Shown in pieces: positions 31,176-43,654 of a DNA stretch of 64,000 nt (position 1 is the stretch's first letter; each line of letters opens with the position of its first letter). Source of the stretch: Daphnia carinata (taxonomy: Eukaryota); assembly GCF_022539665.2 (NCBI RefSeq), contig NC_081331.1, positions 11,532,001 to 11,596,000 on the forward strand, in the 5' to 3' direction. The notes under the pieces are model-generated. The model was not told the DNA's origin. It ran no database searches and was given only the letters and a program-made list of their open reading frames with translations. Made by a program: the position numbers and the translations under genes.

Positions 31176-33792
31176 ATGGAGCCAAGGAGAACTAGGAGCT
31201 CCATTATTCACCTGCCTTTAAGGTCCAGTAGGAATACTAGGATGGTCAAGTCTACACGTGTGCCTTCCCATGAATTGGCCAAATTGAAAACCTCCAAGCC
31301 GATGTTGGTGATTCCCCAACCTGTGTTAAGGATCCATGAGTGCCTTGATGAAAATGTAAGGATGGCGCAAGTTGAATCAAATGCCTATATTGCATTGGGG
31401 ATCAAAGAAGAACCAATTGACGAGGAATATGATGCTGAAGGAAGACATTATGAAGAAGCGAATTTTGCCACACTAGAGAGCTTTAATAACGAAAAATCTT
31501 CTGCTCCAGACCATCTATTGGAAGAAACTGAGTTTGAAGATATGAGAACCACAAGAGCCTCAAAAAGAAGAAGATTGGCAGGTGTAACTGGAAATCTGGA
31601 AAACAATGAAGATGACAACAATAACAGAAACAAGAAAAAAAATAAAAGAAAAACAGTGAGAGGAAATAAAGGAGAAGGAAACGAAGAGTTCCGTCCAATT
31701 GTAGTGAACGTTCGGTCACTAGCACCTGTTGAACCAAGTTCGGAGCTTTCTGATTATACAAATCCATCAAGTTTGTTATTGGTGCAATCTAAAGAATCTG
31801 TTGCCGAAGTTATTGAAGGCAACAATAATATCGAGACAGAAATTTTCACGTCTTCCAAAAATGATGAACAAAACAAACTGAAGGAAAACCATGAGGATGC
31901 TCCCGCGCTACTAGAAAACTGCTTATCTTCTAAAATTTTAGTTATTAATAAGAGCGATGGCATCAAAAACCTAATAGATGTTGTCGAAAAGTCCATTCAA
32001 GTGCCTTCTAAGGAGTCTACTCCTGAAAATGGAACGGTGTCCTCGCCGGCCTTACCCGAAGATGCAGTGAATCAAACAGAGAACGATTTGTCTTTATCGA
32101 CAATTGTTGAAGAGGAAGAATCGACTTCGTCATCTGAAGAGGAATTTGAGACAGAAAATACTCGTAAGATTTCATTTATCGAATTTTACCACGATATTAA
32201 TGACTGCTTTTACTTGTAGCTAAGCTGTGGGTCCTTAAGGAAGAAGAAAGGCGTACCTTGACCTGCAGCGTCTGTAAAAAAAAGTGCTCTCGCACTTCGA
32301 TATTGACAGCCCACAAGAAAAAGCATTTCGATACCAACACTTACTTTTGTACGCATTGCAACAAAACTTTCAGCAGCGAGAGCAGTTACAAGCACCATAT
32401 CGCGTACTCCGGATGTGAGTATAATTACAGTTATTTCCTCATTCAGTTATAATCATGCATAATTTGTTTCCTGTCTTTAGTGGCACCCTTCAAGTGTGAC
32501 CAATGTCACAAGAGTTACTATACTGAACAAAAAGCCGAGGCTCATCGCGCGCAGTGTCAGGGAAAAAATACTGAGCGCAAGTACCATTGCGAGGAATGTG
32601 GAAGATCTTACGTAATGCTCTGCTCTTTAAGGACACACATCCGTGAACGTCATTCTGACTTTAAACCGGTCAAGAACTTGTGTTGCGAGCTGTGTGGCAA
32701 GCGTTTCAGACACAAAAAGTATCTCGAGTTGCACATGTACAGTCATAGCTCCGAGAAGAAGGTATAATCTATAACAATATTTAAAAAGATTGCCATTAAC
32801 AATTTCTTGCAGTTCGAATGCGATGTATGCCACCGAAAGTACAAATCGAGCGATATCCTGCGTCATCATGTACGTATGGTGCATAAGAACCTACCCCGAG
32901 TGACATGTGACATTTGTCACAAGGAAGTGAGCCGCGTTTCACTCAAGGCACACATTAATCGGCACCGTGAAAAGAAGGAAGAAGAAGAAGAAAGTGCTCG
33001 CCATTTACTCAGCCTTAGCCTTACCGCCGATGGCAATGCACCTTCATGTCGGGTGTGTGCCAAGTACTTTGAAAGTGAAAAACTTCTCGAGATGCACGCC
33101 TGCGAAGGGCAGAAAGGTGGCACATCTTTTCCGTGTCAGCACTGTGGTGAATCATTTCCTTCGGCTACAGAACTAGTAGGACACGGCTGCGAAGGACTTG
33201 ATAATTCAAAGTCGAGAAATACGGCAAAAATCTACAAGTGTATTTTCTGCAATCGGGAATACGGGTGTCATACGGTAAGGTAGTCACGTGATTAACAAAG
33301 GCTGCTGTACTCACCTTTTAACATACGACGATTATAGCCATATCTGTACCATGTGCGTCACCACACGAACGACAAGCCTTATCCCTGTCCGGAATGCGAT
33401 AAATCTTTTCGTCTAAAGCAGGGATTGAAGGTAATGCAAAACAGCTTGAAGCCTTTTGGGGCTATTTTTAATACCAGCATGTTTTTATATCTGTAGGTGC
33501 ACATGAGAAACCATACGGGCGAAAAGCCTTTCAAGTGTGATCAATGCCCGGCTGCTTTCAAACAGAAACCGTTCTTGTTGGATCACATGAACACACGTAA
33601 GATGTAAAATTTTGTTTTTGTTTCGAATTAGCATTTCACCGTTTTCTATCCATAGATACAGGGAACAAACCATACGAATGCCAAAAGTGCCATGCCCGCT
33701 TTTCTGTACGCTCTGCCTTGTCTACCCATAAACGAATTCATCGTCGAGAACTGAAGCGCAATTCCGAACTTGAAGCGGCTTCTTCATCCTAA
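31176..33792 (+). CDS. C2H2 zinc-finger transcription factor (about 13 fingers, several C2HC variants) with an acidic/disordered N-terminal half
   Basis: Fingers such as [22 protein letters not shown] and [35 protein letters not shown] and HTGNKPY linkers in the spliced 3' exons. IKEE SUMO-type motif and KKKNKRK NLS-like motif. Stop 33790-33792. The ATG at 31176 follows an acceptor at 31168. Confidence 0.9.
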
Positions 33793-33865
33793 ATTCCAGG
33801 CATTCATTCCGATTACGCATTTACCTACGGGACCAATTCTCTTCCGTTGTTTGAGATTTTTAAAA

Positions 33866-34185
33866 ATGAAATATTATTAATACTTGGCAAGTTTCTTGTT
33901 CTACATATTGAGTGCCTTTGTCGATCTACCGTTTTGGTAGAATTATTTTACTCCCACCACCCCGCACAATTGTTAGTTTTAGTCTGTTCACAATCGAATA
34001 TTTTCGTAGGTTTCTAATAAACCACTAGGGCAGTTCAGATTTTGTCGAATAATTCAATGCCTTTATTAATGTAATATAATTTATATAACCGGCAATCGTC
34101 GCGAACTGACTAATTAATGACGCGCCAAATAACATGTTATTCACAAATTCACACCAACGATAAAGAACAAATAATGTACACGAAA
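33866..34185 (-). repeat. Inverted repeat, right arm (~320 bp); forms the 3' UTR/terminator of the zinc-finger gene
   Basis: Reverse complement of 30111-30432. AATAAA at 34016-34021. Confidence 0.95.
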
Positions 34186-34189
34186 AAAA

Positions 34190-35460
34190 GAACAACTGTT
34201 CTGAAATCAGCGTTTAATTTTGAGTATAAGGTGTAATTTTTTTTATAGAATTCCAAAAGGTATTCCTTTTTCGTCAAACTGCTGGGCCTCAAAATAAGCC
34301 CGACAAAATAAGCCCAACTTTTCCACCAATTTTGTATTTTTATAAAATCCTTAATTTAGCATTGGTACTTTGTTTTCTTTTATTTTCAAAACAGCTGGGT
34401 TAAGAAGAAAACTAATAGTTGACTCGAAATCAGCGTTCAATTTTTATTATACCGTGTGAGTTTCACTGAATTGCAAGAGATTTCGTTTTTGACCGATTTT
34501 GACAAAAGTAGGAAGGCTATAGCCTTCCCACTTTTTCATTTTTGGCCAAAATTTAAATTTCACTTAAAATATATGATTCCGATTCAGAATTGAATGCTGA
34601 TCATGAAAATCAAATTTATTTTCTAATTGGTCTCATGGTTTTTAAACTAAACGCAAAAAACAAATGAATAAGGAAAATCGGGCTTATTTATTAGTCGGGC
34701 TTAAAATTTCCTTCTACAAAAACTGACACTCGTCGGAATTGATTGAATATCACAGGATATGCTCAAAATTGAATGCTGATTTCGGAAAAATTGCTATTTT
34801 TTTTCCATGAAGTTAATCGTTATTAAATGCACCGAATATTTGAAACAATGCTAGCGCGCCAGTACGTTACAGCGCTAGCCCTATGAGGCAGAAATCTTTT
34901 TTGTCCATTATTTTTGTAACGGCTGGTTTATCGAGAAAACAAATCACAGAATCAAAATCAGCGTTCAATTTTGATTATACCCTGTGATTTTTGTCGAATT
35001 CTAAGAGATTTCGTTTTTGACCGATTTTGACAAAAGTAGGAAGGCTATAGCCTTCCCACTTTTTCATTTTTGGCCAAAATTTAAATTTCACTTAAAATAT
35101 ATGATTCCGATTCTGAATTGAATGCTGATCATGAAAATCAAATTTATTTTCTAATTGGTCTCATGGTTTTTAAACTAAACGCAAAAAACGAATGAATAAG
35201 GAAAGTCGGGCTTATTTATTAGTCGGGCTTATTCATTAGAAGGGCTTAAAATTTTCTTCAACAAACACTGACATTCGTCGGAATCGGGTGAAAATCACAG
35301 GATATATTCAAAATTGAATACTGATTCCGGGAAAATTGTTCTTTTTGTTATTAAGTCAATCGTTTTTGAAATACACCGAATTAATGAATTTTTCAAATAA
35401 ATGGATTTTAAGCAAATTTGGCAGGAAATGAAAACGTTGGAAAGGTGTTGCCTTCCCGAA
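34190..35460. mobile_element. Non-coding palindromic/foldback-like repeat element with an internal tandem duplication (period 528 bp)
   Basis: Near-identical blocks at ~34427-34850 and ~34955-35385. Perfect palindrome GGAAGGCTATAGCCTTCC at 34511-34528 and 35039-35056. Sub-repeats AATCAGCGTTCAATTTT and AATAAGCCCGAC occur in both orientations. No ORF. Mobility is inferred, not shown. Confidence 0.6.
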
Positions 35461-35898
35461 ATTGCAAGCTCCTCTTGTGCAAAGGTAAGCTGAGTGATTA
35501 CTCCTGGTGTACTTTACGTCTTAAAGCAAAGAATAATAAATGGTGCTACTCGAAGTACTGAAAAAACAGAGGTTTATTTCGCGTTCCGTAGTTTTCAAAG
35601 TCGGAACAAACCGTTACCCTATCGACTACAAGAGTTATACTCGGAAAAGGGCGACAAGCTAATAAGGACGTAAAATTCGGAAAATAATAATACGAAAATC
35701 CTAAAATTACAAATTATATTCAGTGTTAGCACTTTACACGTGACCCAAAACAACAAATTTCATCACATTTGTAATTTATACGAATTTACAATTTTTTGTC
35801 TACAACTTTGTAACTTTCTTCAGTTACAAACTTCGGGAGTCTTAGGTAGTTGGTTTTACATACTCGAACAAGCTTGCATTCGTCCCCTTTAAGCGCTA

Positions 35899-37361
35899 TC
35901 ACAGTGAGTACGGAGCAGTGGGGTTAGTGTACAAAAAGTAAGTACCAGAAGCTCTATAAAATAAAAATAATAGTAATTAAATTGCGATCTGCCAATTTTG
36001 TAGTATAAAATTTGAGTTATTGGAATATAAAATTTAATTACATCGGGGTTGCGTATTCGCCCATAGATATGCAATTCCCATCATCAGTCGGTTTCTCACA
36101 ATCGCCGCAAATACCGAGCTTGAATTTAAAATAACTTGAACATCTGGACGATAAGAACTTTCCGGGTCCAGCCAAGATTGACTCGATGAAATAGTGTGTC
36201 GACCGTCCGTGACTGCAATGAACTGAAGAAAGAATTATACAAACTGTCCAGGAAATAACTCTACAAAACTATTACTTAATGAATCGTATTCCGTGTTCCA
36301 GAGACAGCCATATTGCCATCTGCCACCATTAGGATAAAAATCTGCGTGGCCGATTGAGCTCGTAGTACCCAGACCGAGAATGTTTGCGTTGGTATGGATT
36401 ACGTCAACAAACGTGGCGTCACTGGAGCTCAAACTTCTTAATTTTTCAATTCGTTCATAACCACCAGAAGCTGGTTCAAGTCCAGTGATTCGCGGAAGAC
36501 GACCCAGACGAAGAGCGTTTCCGGCACTACCAGCAACATGAGCTCCCAAACTGTAGCCGATCACCTAAACAGAATCTTATGTAAACCGCATTTTTCAAAT
36601 TATGAACATGTTTGCTAGTTTACATGAAATGCTGACGGCTGGGTGCCCTGGGATATCAGAAAGTCCAAGAAATTAGCAACGTAGACGCCAACCGGTGTAG
36701 TGCTTACAGCGGCGCGGGCATAATTTGGATATTCGGCAAGCGAACTCCAGTCAACTGTAATGACGTTAAAGTCAGCCAGTAGCAAGTAGGCTAATGATAA
36801 AAACAAAATTAATTTAGGAGACTTTAATTTACTGTGTATCGAAAATGTTAAATGATTACCGGCGCGGGCTTTCGAGATAAAGCGGTCGTCAGTTCCATTT
36901 CCACCAAATCCATGGATAAGGACTTTAACTGGTTTGAAACGGTTGAAAGTTGACCGATTTAATACATCTGTTCGATTAGTCAGAAGCTGTATGCCATAAA
37001 TGGGATTTAACCTAGAACAGAGAAAGCAACATCTTTAAAAAACATGCATAAAAGAAAAAAGTTAACTCTGACTCTGACCTGGTCCACAGGAAAAATCGGA
37101 CGTCATTTAACTGTGGAGCGACATCCGAGGAAAAAATTTGATTAGCGATAAAAGAAACAATTCGATTCGGGATGGTATCCTTTTGTGGTACTAGTATATC
37201 TTCAATGGAGGCACCGGCGAGGGCACCAAGAGTTTGGGAATTTACCCGATCTACATTGTTATACCAGGTGATTCAATGCACTTAGAAAGAGAACTTGAAG
37301 TAGGCTTGGGTCACTTACCAATCATCACAAAAGCCACCAATGAGACAACCAATAACTTCAT
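35899..37361 (-). CDS. Secreted pancreatic-lipase-family (lipase member H/PLA1-like) enzyme
   Basis: Signal peptide MKLLVVSLVAFVMI. Motifs FFLWTR, LIHGF and NVITVDWS. Nucleophile elbow GYSLGAHVAG. RITGLEPA (Glu at the usual catalytic Asp position). DATFVDVIHTN, GHADFYPNGG..QYGC and CSHGRS. Ends GTYFLYTNPTAPYSL*. Confidence 0.92.
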
Positions 37362-38370
37362 ATTGTAGATCTTCCAATTCTTGGGAGTTATCCTGAGTGT
37401 TTCCTTGTTGCTCGCTGCCTTGGTACTGTGTCGATGCTGCGCTCCGTCGTTTAAAATATTTGTCTGTGACAAGGCCATAACCTCGAAAAATCAAACCTTG
37501 AAGAAGGATTACAATCTTTCATGCCTACGGTGTAACCCTTTGCATCCCAACGGAGCCAATATGAGAAAGAAATGCCCCTAATGGGAGGTAGGGGCAGCCG
37601 TTATGCTGACCAACCCTTAGGAGGAAAGTGTGAACTACGATTGAGAATATTGTTGCATAATCTGTAACACCGCTGAGTGAGAAATTGAGATGTATGGGCG
37701 AAAATGTGTTCCTTCTACCATCTACTATAAAATGCGTTTTTAATCACGGCTTTCTCAATATAGAAAAATGTATCGTACCTATTATTGGTCTGACGGTCAT
37801 TTATATGCTACTAGGATGCAGTTCTTGTAATTGCCTGAAATATAGAGCCTTCCGATGATTCCCAAAGTAAAAAGCTTTTTACATTTTCTACGATGGACTG
37901 GATCCAGTTAGAATACATTGCAATTGCGTTGGCCAAACTCTAAGAGAACTCATTAACGTTCGCGTTCTCATCACATTCTGATTTCCAACGGACATCTGGA
38001 ATACTGGACTTCTCGCTTCTGAATTTAAAGTGCTTACCCCCTTTTGCTTGTGCAAACCAAGACAACCATTCGGCTAGGTTATGGAAATGGTGACATGGCT
38101 ATTTAAGAAAAGGTAAAATATGCAACTAGATCACGTGATCAGTTCGTATTTAGCAATAATGGGTCAATAATTTGAATCATTTTATCAGAAAACTTTCATA
38201 CTAGATAAATATTTCGGTATCACTCGAATAAGCGTGTCAATGGGTATGCGGAGGATAATCCTTTTCTAGCCTTAGCGACTGAATCAAGCTGAATGGACGT
38301 CAACTGTGACACTGGCAACTGTTCCTAGAAAAATCATACAGTCAGTAAACTTTTGTTTCGCTTTACCAAA

Positions 38371-41300
38371 TTAACAAATACTCATAAGTACTGGATTTAG
38401 GGCAGTGGAATCGTCTGACTCTGGAGGTGGACTGGTTGGTATCGGCTGGCAGACGATACAATCTTTAATTTCTTCTTGTAAGCAACTGCTATGGAACGCG
38501 TGACGACATTGGAATGCAGTAATCGACGAATTTCGGCCATTCTGCAGTGGACGATTGCAGCTGCCGCAACGAGAAGCACGCAGCGCAACACCTTTCCGTG
38601 ACTGCCGGCAGCGCTGAGATAGTAAACTATGAACATCACCTTGAAGAAGGCGAGTGCTAATCTTTAAAAGCGTAGTTTCGTATGTGTAGTTATCCAAAAG
38701 ACCTAATAAAGAAAGAAAAATAACTAAATGATATGTCACAGCATAAAAGATTCCGTTTGCATGCTACCCATGATAAGTTGCCGAAGATCGCCTAGCGTGC
38801 CACCAGTGGTTTCCGGATCCTCAATCAAACGAGGTAACACTTTAGTTAAGCTTATTTGACCTTGGATGCTCGTCACAACTTTTTGGGTAACTTCTCTTAG
38901 ACCTTATACGAGAAATGGTAATGAATAGTTACGAAGTTATAAATAGAAACTATTAAAAACCTGAAATTATAATAGTAGAAGTATCTGGATTTTCTTTCAA
39001 ACTTCGTTGAGGAAGAAGCAATTCATCCAGGAGCGTCAGCCAAATTTTTTCGCGTTCTTGTTCTGTTAAAGAGCTTGCCTGTCGCTGGCAGAAATCAATT
39101 ACCGATTGTGCGGCAGCCTCAAAGTCCTGCCAACTCTCTGGTTGAACAAACAGCTGTTGGATGCAGCATTGCAGTCGACCCAACAACAAATCGTAAGCAG
39201 CCGTTATTTCACCTTGACGCTCTAATATTGCCGCCTCCGCTTCGAGGATGGAAAATTTGCGGCAAATATCCAATAAATGTGACAAATGTACGACATCGAC
39301 TTGTTGGACGTAGCTAGCAAGGCGCTGGGGCTCAAGTTCAGCCATGAGTACCGCGTATTGTTCTATACAATAATCATCATCGTCGATGAGAACAGCCGTA
39401 CTAGTTGCCACATCATCTTGTGTCCTATTGTAAACGAAGCAAAATCATTTCAACGTTTTCTCGATGAGCAAAACGACCCAACTGAACAGGATTACTTACG
39501 CCAAATCGAGGATAGCTTCAAGAAAACGATATCTCTCTCGAGGAAAAGGTATTAGAGCAGTAACTGCCTCGTCAATTAATGTTGGCTTGTTAACAGCCAA
39601 GAAGACAGCTAACGAAGTTGCATTTAGCTTGACTAGTAGTTGGATATGTTTCAGAACGGCTTGCTCAATTTTGCAAACATCAGAAACGACGGAAGATTCA
39701 GAGAAAACATTACTAAGGAAGTGCAGAATGTCCCCATGGCGAGAAGTATCCTTAACATAGCACTCGAAAACCTTTTCCCAATCTTGGCGCTGCTCGTAGA
39801 TGTGCTCACAAACGCGATAGCTAAAAAAAGAAATTAAAACAGTTTAATACAAAGTATCGATTCATCTGACTTTTGAAATAGTAATTACAATTTAGCAGAC
39901 TCTGCTTGTTTAAGTAGTTGCTCTTCATCTTCTGTGCCCAAAGATGGTTGGCCTTTAATTTGAAGTAATTGAAGCAGAGCTTGTTGCCTCTCTTCAAATC
40001 TGCTCTGTACTTGATGAGTCTCTTTGGCGGACAGCGAACATACTAAATCTACAAGTTGCTGAAACAGACTTCGATCTAAATGAATAGAATCAGCTCGAGG
40101 AGATCGACTTATTTGACGGGCTATAAATGTGAATAAAGAGCAAATCTGGTCTGGCTAGAAGGTACACAAAAGGTTATTAACATTCTCAAGGACATTTAAG
40201 AAGGAAAGAGTTTTACCGAAAACTGAGAAGAGTTAATCATGATTTCGACCAGGATATCAATGACTCGTTGCTGTCGTCTTGCTCCCATCTCACCCACAAA
40301 TTCCGACTCTTCAAACGCTAGCGAAAGCGCATTAAGTAGTTCTTGTGTATTGAACTCCAGTAAGGCGCGCAAGTAAGGATATGGAGGTTCATCCTCAGAA
40401 GCTCGTTTGCTGTGTAGGCATGTTAGACTAGTCAAGACCTGGTGTTTGACCTTAACACAAGAGTCCTGATCGATTTCTCCCACAGGATAAGTTCGACCGG
40501 CTAAGCAACACGAAATATAAACTAATATCACGTGGCCCAACTTGAGATCTTGTTCAGAGTAAGGTGGACCTCAACACAAAGTATGCAAAAGTTAGTTTTA
40601 AAAACAACAAAAACAAAATTTTGTTGTAATGCTTACCTAGTTTTACAGCTCCTTGCAATTGTTTCAATAGATCTTCTAGAGGGCTGACGTAGTCATTAAG
40701 TGCCCTTGTGTGCACATAAAGATAGGCAAGAAATAGGCCCTGGTTATGTGACAGTGTCAATATTTGATGAAGATCCAAGCAGGAAACGTCAACGTGGGTG
40801 ATGCAGCTCTCCAGAGTGTCAAGCCAGCCATTATCTTCATAAAGAGCCACAAATTGCTGCATAATAGAGGGAGGAATTGATGGTAAACGGTCATTGAGAA
40901 AATGGGGCTCTAGTAGTTGTAGGAAGTTTTCCCGGGCTGCTTCAGAATTAGCAATTCTTGGATATATTTGGTCAAACAGCAAAGCCCTGCGTTAAAATAA
41001 ATTATCAAGATCTTGCTACAATTAATCGAAGAAGGGCATATTCACTTACTCTTGTTGTAGTTTAATGCAAACATCGATGCATAATTCAATGACTGACTTC
41101 ATGTTTCGACCACTGTTAACCATAGTAGGTTCTTGCATTACAAGTGGAACTAAAACCCGTTCAACGTAGTCATTTAGGATATCAATCTCCTTCACATAAG
41201 TATGGTTAATCTAAATGTAATGCCTTGTCATTTAAGATCGTCTTACTTTATCTTTCACTTGTCTCTTGCGCTGGTTCGGTGTACCCTTCAATCCGTGCAT

Positions 41301-43341
41301 AGCTTTGGCTTTGCCGTTCAACATGCGCAAACCTAAATGAATGGCCTCTTCCGGTCGTGACTGTGAAAGAAGTAAATCCAATCTTTCATCCCAATGCCTT
41401 AGGCCAATGGAACGCAAACTGGTTGAGCAAAGCAATAGTAACTGCCCGGCGCAACTAGCCATTGAATTGTAACAGGCATCTGTTCCCACGAGCGCCTATG
41501 TAACAAAAATTTTTTTTTAAATATGTGTGACCCCTTCAGATAAATTTCAGATTTTACCAGAGCTTCGCTAACATTGCCACCAGTAGCTAGGCCCCGAAAG
41601 AAGGGGGTTGATTTGACTAAGTTAACACCTGATACGTCGACGACATCGATGGATTCTTGTGTTTTGATGTCCACAACATGTACCTTCATGAAAATCATCT
41701 TTGATTACCTTTTCTACTGGGTAAGCGAAAAATATTTATACCCGCTGCTCCGAATCTAGTAAAGCGAGCATACGAGGATCCAGCCACTGTAACCCCCGAA
41801 GATTAAAGTCAAGTTGGAAACGAAGAAGAGGATGGTAGCGGACACGATTACGTTCTTCATCAATACTTAATTGGACAAAATGAAGCTCAGAATGCCGAGC
41901 ATAAGCCAAAACGGGTTCGATACTCCTTCCTCTTTGCTGGCTATGGACAGCCACAAAATGCCACCCTAGGCAAGGAGGGCTTAGCCCATCACCGCCTAAC
42001 AATTGGCTGTAGATAACTTTCGTACTAGGCCGGATTTGCACAATTAAAATCTGCAAAGTTTTTAAAATTATTTAATCATAGAACGTCTAGGTTGAGGAGG
42101 TAAATTTTACTCACTTTCGAAAGTGTGGCCATTGCAACGATAACTACCGATTCCCATTTGGGAAGAAAATCAAAAACGGCACCCAAATCCTGACCGACAC
42201 TTCTTAACGGTTCTATAGCGCATACCTCGCCTCGACTTCCCGAAAAGAGGCATCGAGTATCAACGCCCCTGACTCCCAATGTTCTCTTAAAACCGAGCTC
42301 AAAAACATTTCCTCCGCTGTCACACAGGAGAGCAAGAGTGGGTAGATCTGTAAACTTTCAACAAAAGAGTATTATTGTCATGCTAGATTGCTAGAAATTA
42401 GAGGGGGGGAATCAATACCTGTAGGTGAAGAATAGCTGATTCAGGTGGATGGACGTCGTTTAAAGTTCTCACTAGCTTCCCGTCTTTCATGTCATACTCA
42501 AGTATGTGACCACAAGCATTACCAACCAGTAGCCTGCTGTGATCACAGTTAAAAGCCATTGCTGAAATAGCATTACCCCATCCATCAGGAGACTCACTAC
42601 ACATCATTTCAATATCTACAATAGCATGGTTCCAAAAAAGAATAAGTGTAAGCAAAAACATACCTTGAGTGCTTGGTTCCAAGTACATCTAATGTGTCTA
42701 AAAACCATTTTAAATTCTGTGTAACATCAAAGACTAGCACTAGGCCATTTCTTGTACCAATACCAATCCAGGTTGACACTGTTAAACATGTTGCTTCTTT
42801 GGATTTCAATTTGGCCTGAAAAACAGGTTTAAAATTTATGTGTTGTAATTAGCCAAATTTGTGGTTATTAATTTGGGGTTACCTGAGCAGTCATTAGCTG
42901 TGATGAAATGCCTTTCAATACAAGCTGCTTAAGGATGATGCCATGTTCAATTTGCTTACATGGTGTAGGAGGTAATGATGATAGTTTAGAATTTGAGATA
43001 GATAGCTTTTCTTCACTATCACTTGAGTTTGCGACCGATGAATCTAAGCTATTTAATTGCCAGTTCTATTGAATGAAATGGAACAAGTATACTGAATATA
43101 CTAGTTGGTTTTGTTTAAAATTCTACTTAATAATCCACCTCATTCTGAACTTCAAGATCTAATGAAGATGCTGTTTCCTCCAATGAAAAATTTTCAAATA
43201 CAACTGTCTGCTCTTCTGATGCAGCAAATACCTGGGATAAGCTAATGTAAGTACTCATTTTCTATAAAGAGGCCTTTTTTTTGCCCATAAAAATATAGCT
43301 AGACGTCATACTTCAGGCTGCGGTTCTCCATTCTCTGACAT
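38371..43341 (-). CDS. VPS8: Vacuolar protein sorting 8 (CORVET subunit)
   Basis: WD40-type N-terminus (IGIGTRNGLVLVFD, LCDSGGNVFEL, CLFSGSRGEVC). Motifs FRGLATGGNVSEAL, VILVYISCCLAGRTYP and PYPYLRALLEFNTQELLNALSLAFEE. C-terminal RING-H2 CGSC...FQCRHAFHSSCL...CIVC. Many short introns. Start MSENGEPQPE at 43341. Confidence 0.93.
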
Positions 43342-43654
43342 CCCCTTACAAATGGATAGGGTTCACCGGAGTTCAGAAATGAAACCAGTCTTAATCGGTA
43401 GAAACCACTTCCTGGATGTTACTTAAAAACAAAAGACAATTTCTACAAGAATTTAATAAGCAAAACAATTGAGAGTCGAGTCACAACCGTATTTTGACAG
43501 TTCTCCGCCTACCAACGTTTCTTTTTTCTGTGTCGTCTGCTAGTTGTGTAATTTGTCAACATTGAGGATACAGCTACTTCGTGTTACCTCGCAAAGAAGG
43601 GGAAGGTACCTGGCCGGATACATACCACACGTTCTTAACTCAAGTGGTATAACC
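43342..43654. promoter_or_regulatory. Bidirectional promoter VPS8/PIKfyve
   Basis: Divergent ATGs 313 bp apart. Contains an ETS-like CACTTCCTG. Confidence 0.7.

Noticed and set aside
30111..34185. Pack-MULE-type transposon carrying the ZNF gene
   Set aside because: No target-site duplication flanks the arms, and the arms are 3' UTR/terminator sequence of the adjacent genes. An inversion duplication explains it better, though this alternative is not fully excluded.
34190..35460. CRISPR-like array
   Set aside because: Eukaryotic context. The repeats occur in both orientations, the intervening sequence is itself duplicated, and there are no cas genes.
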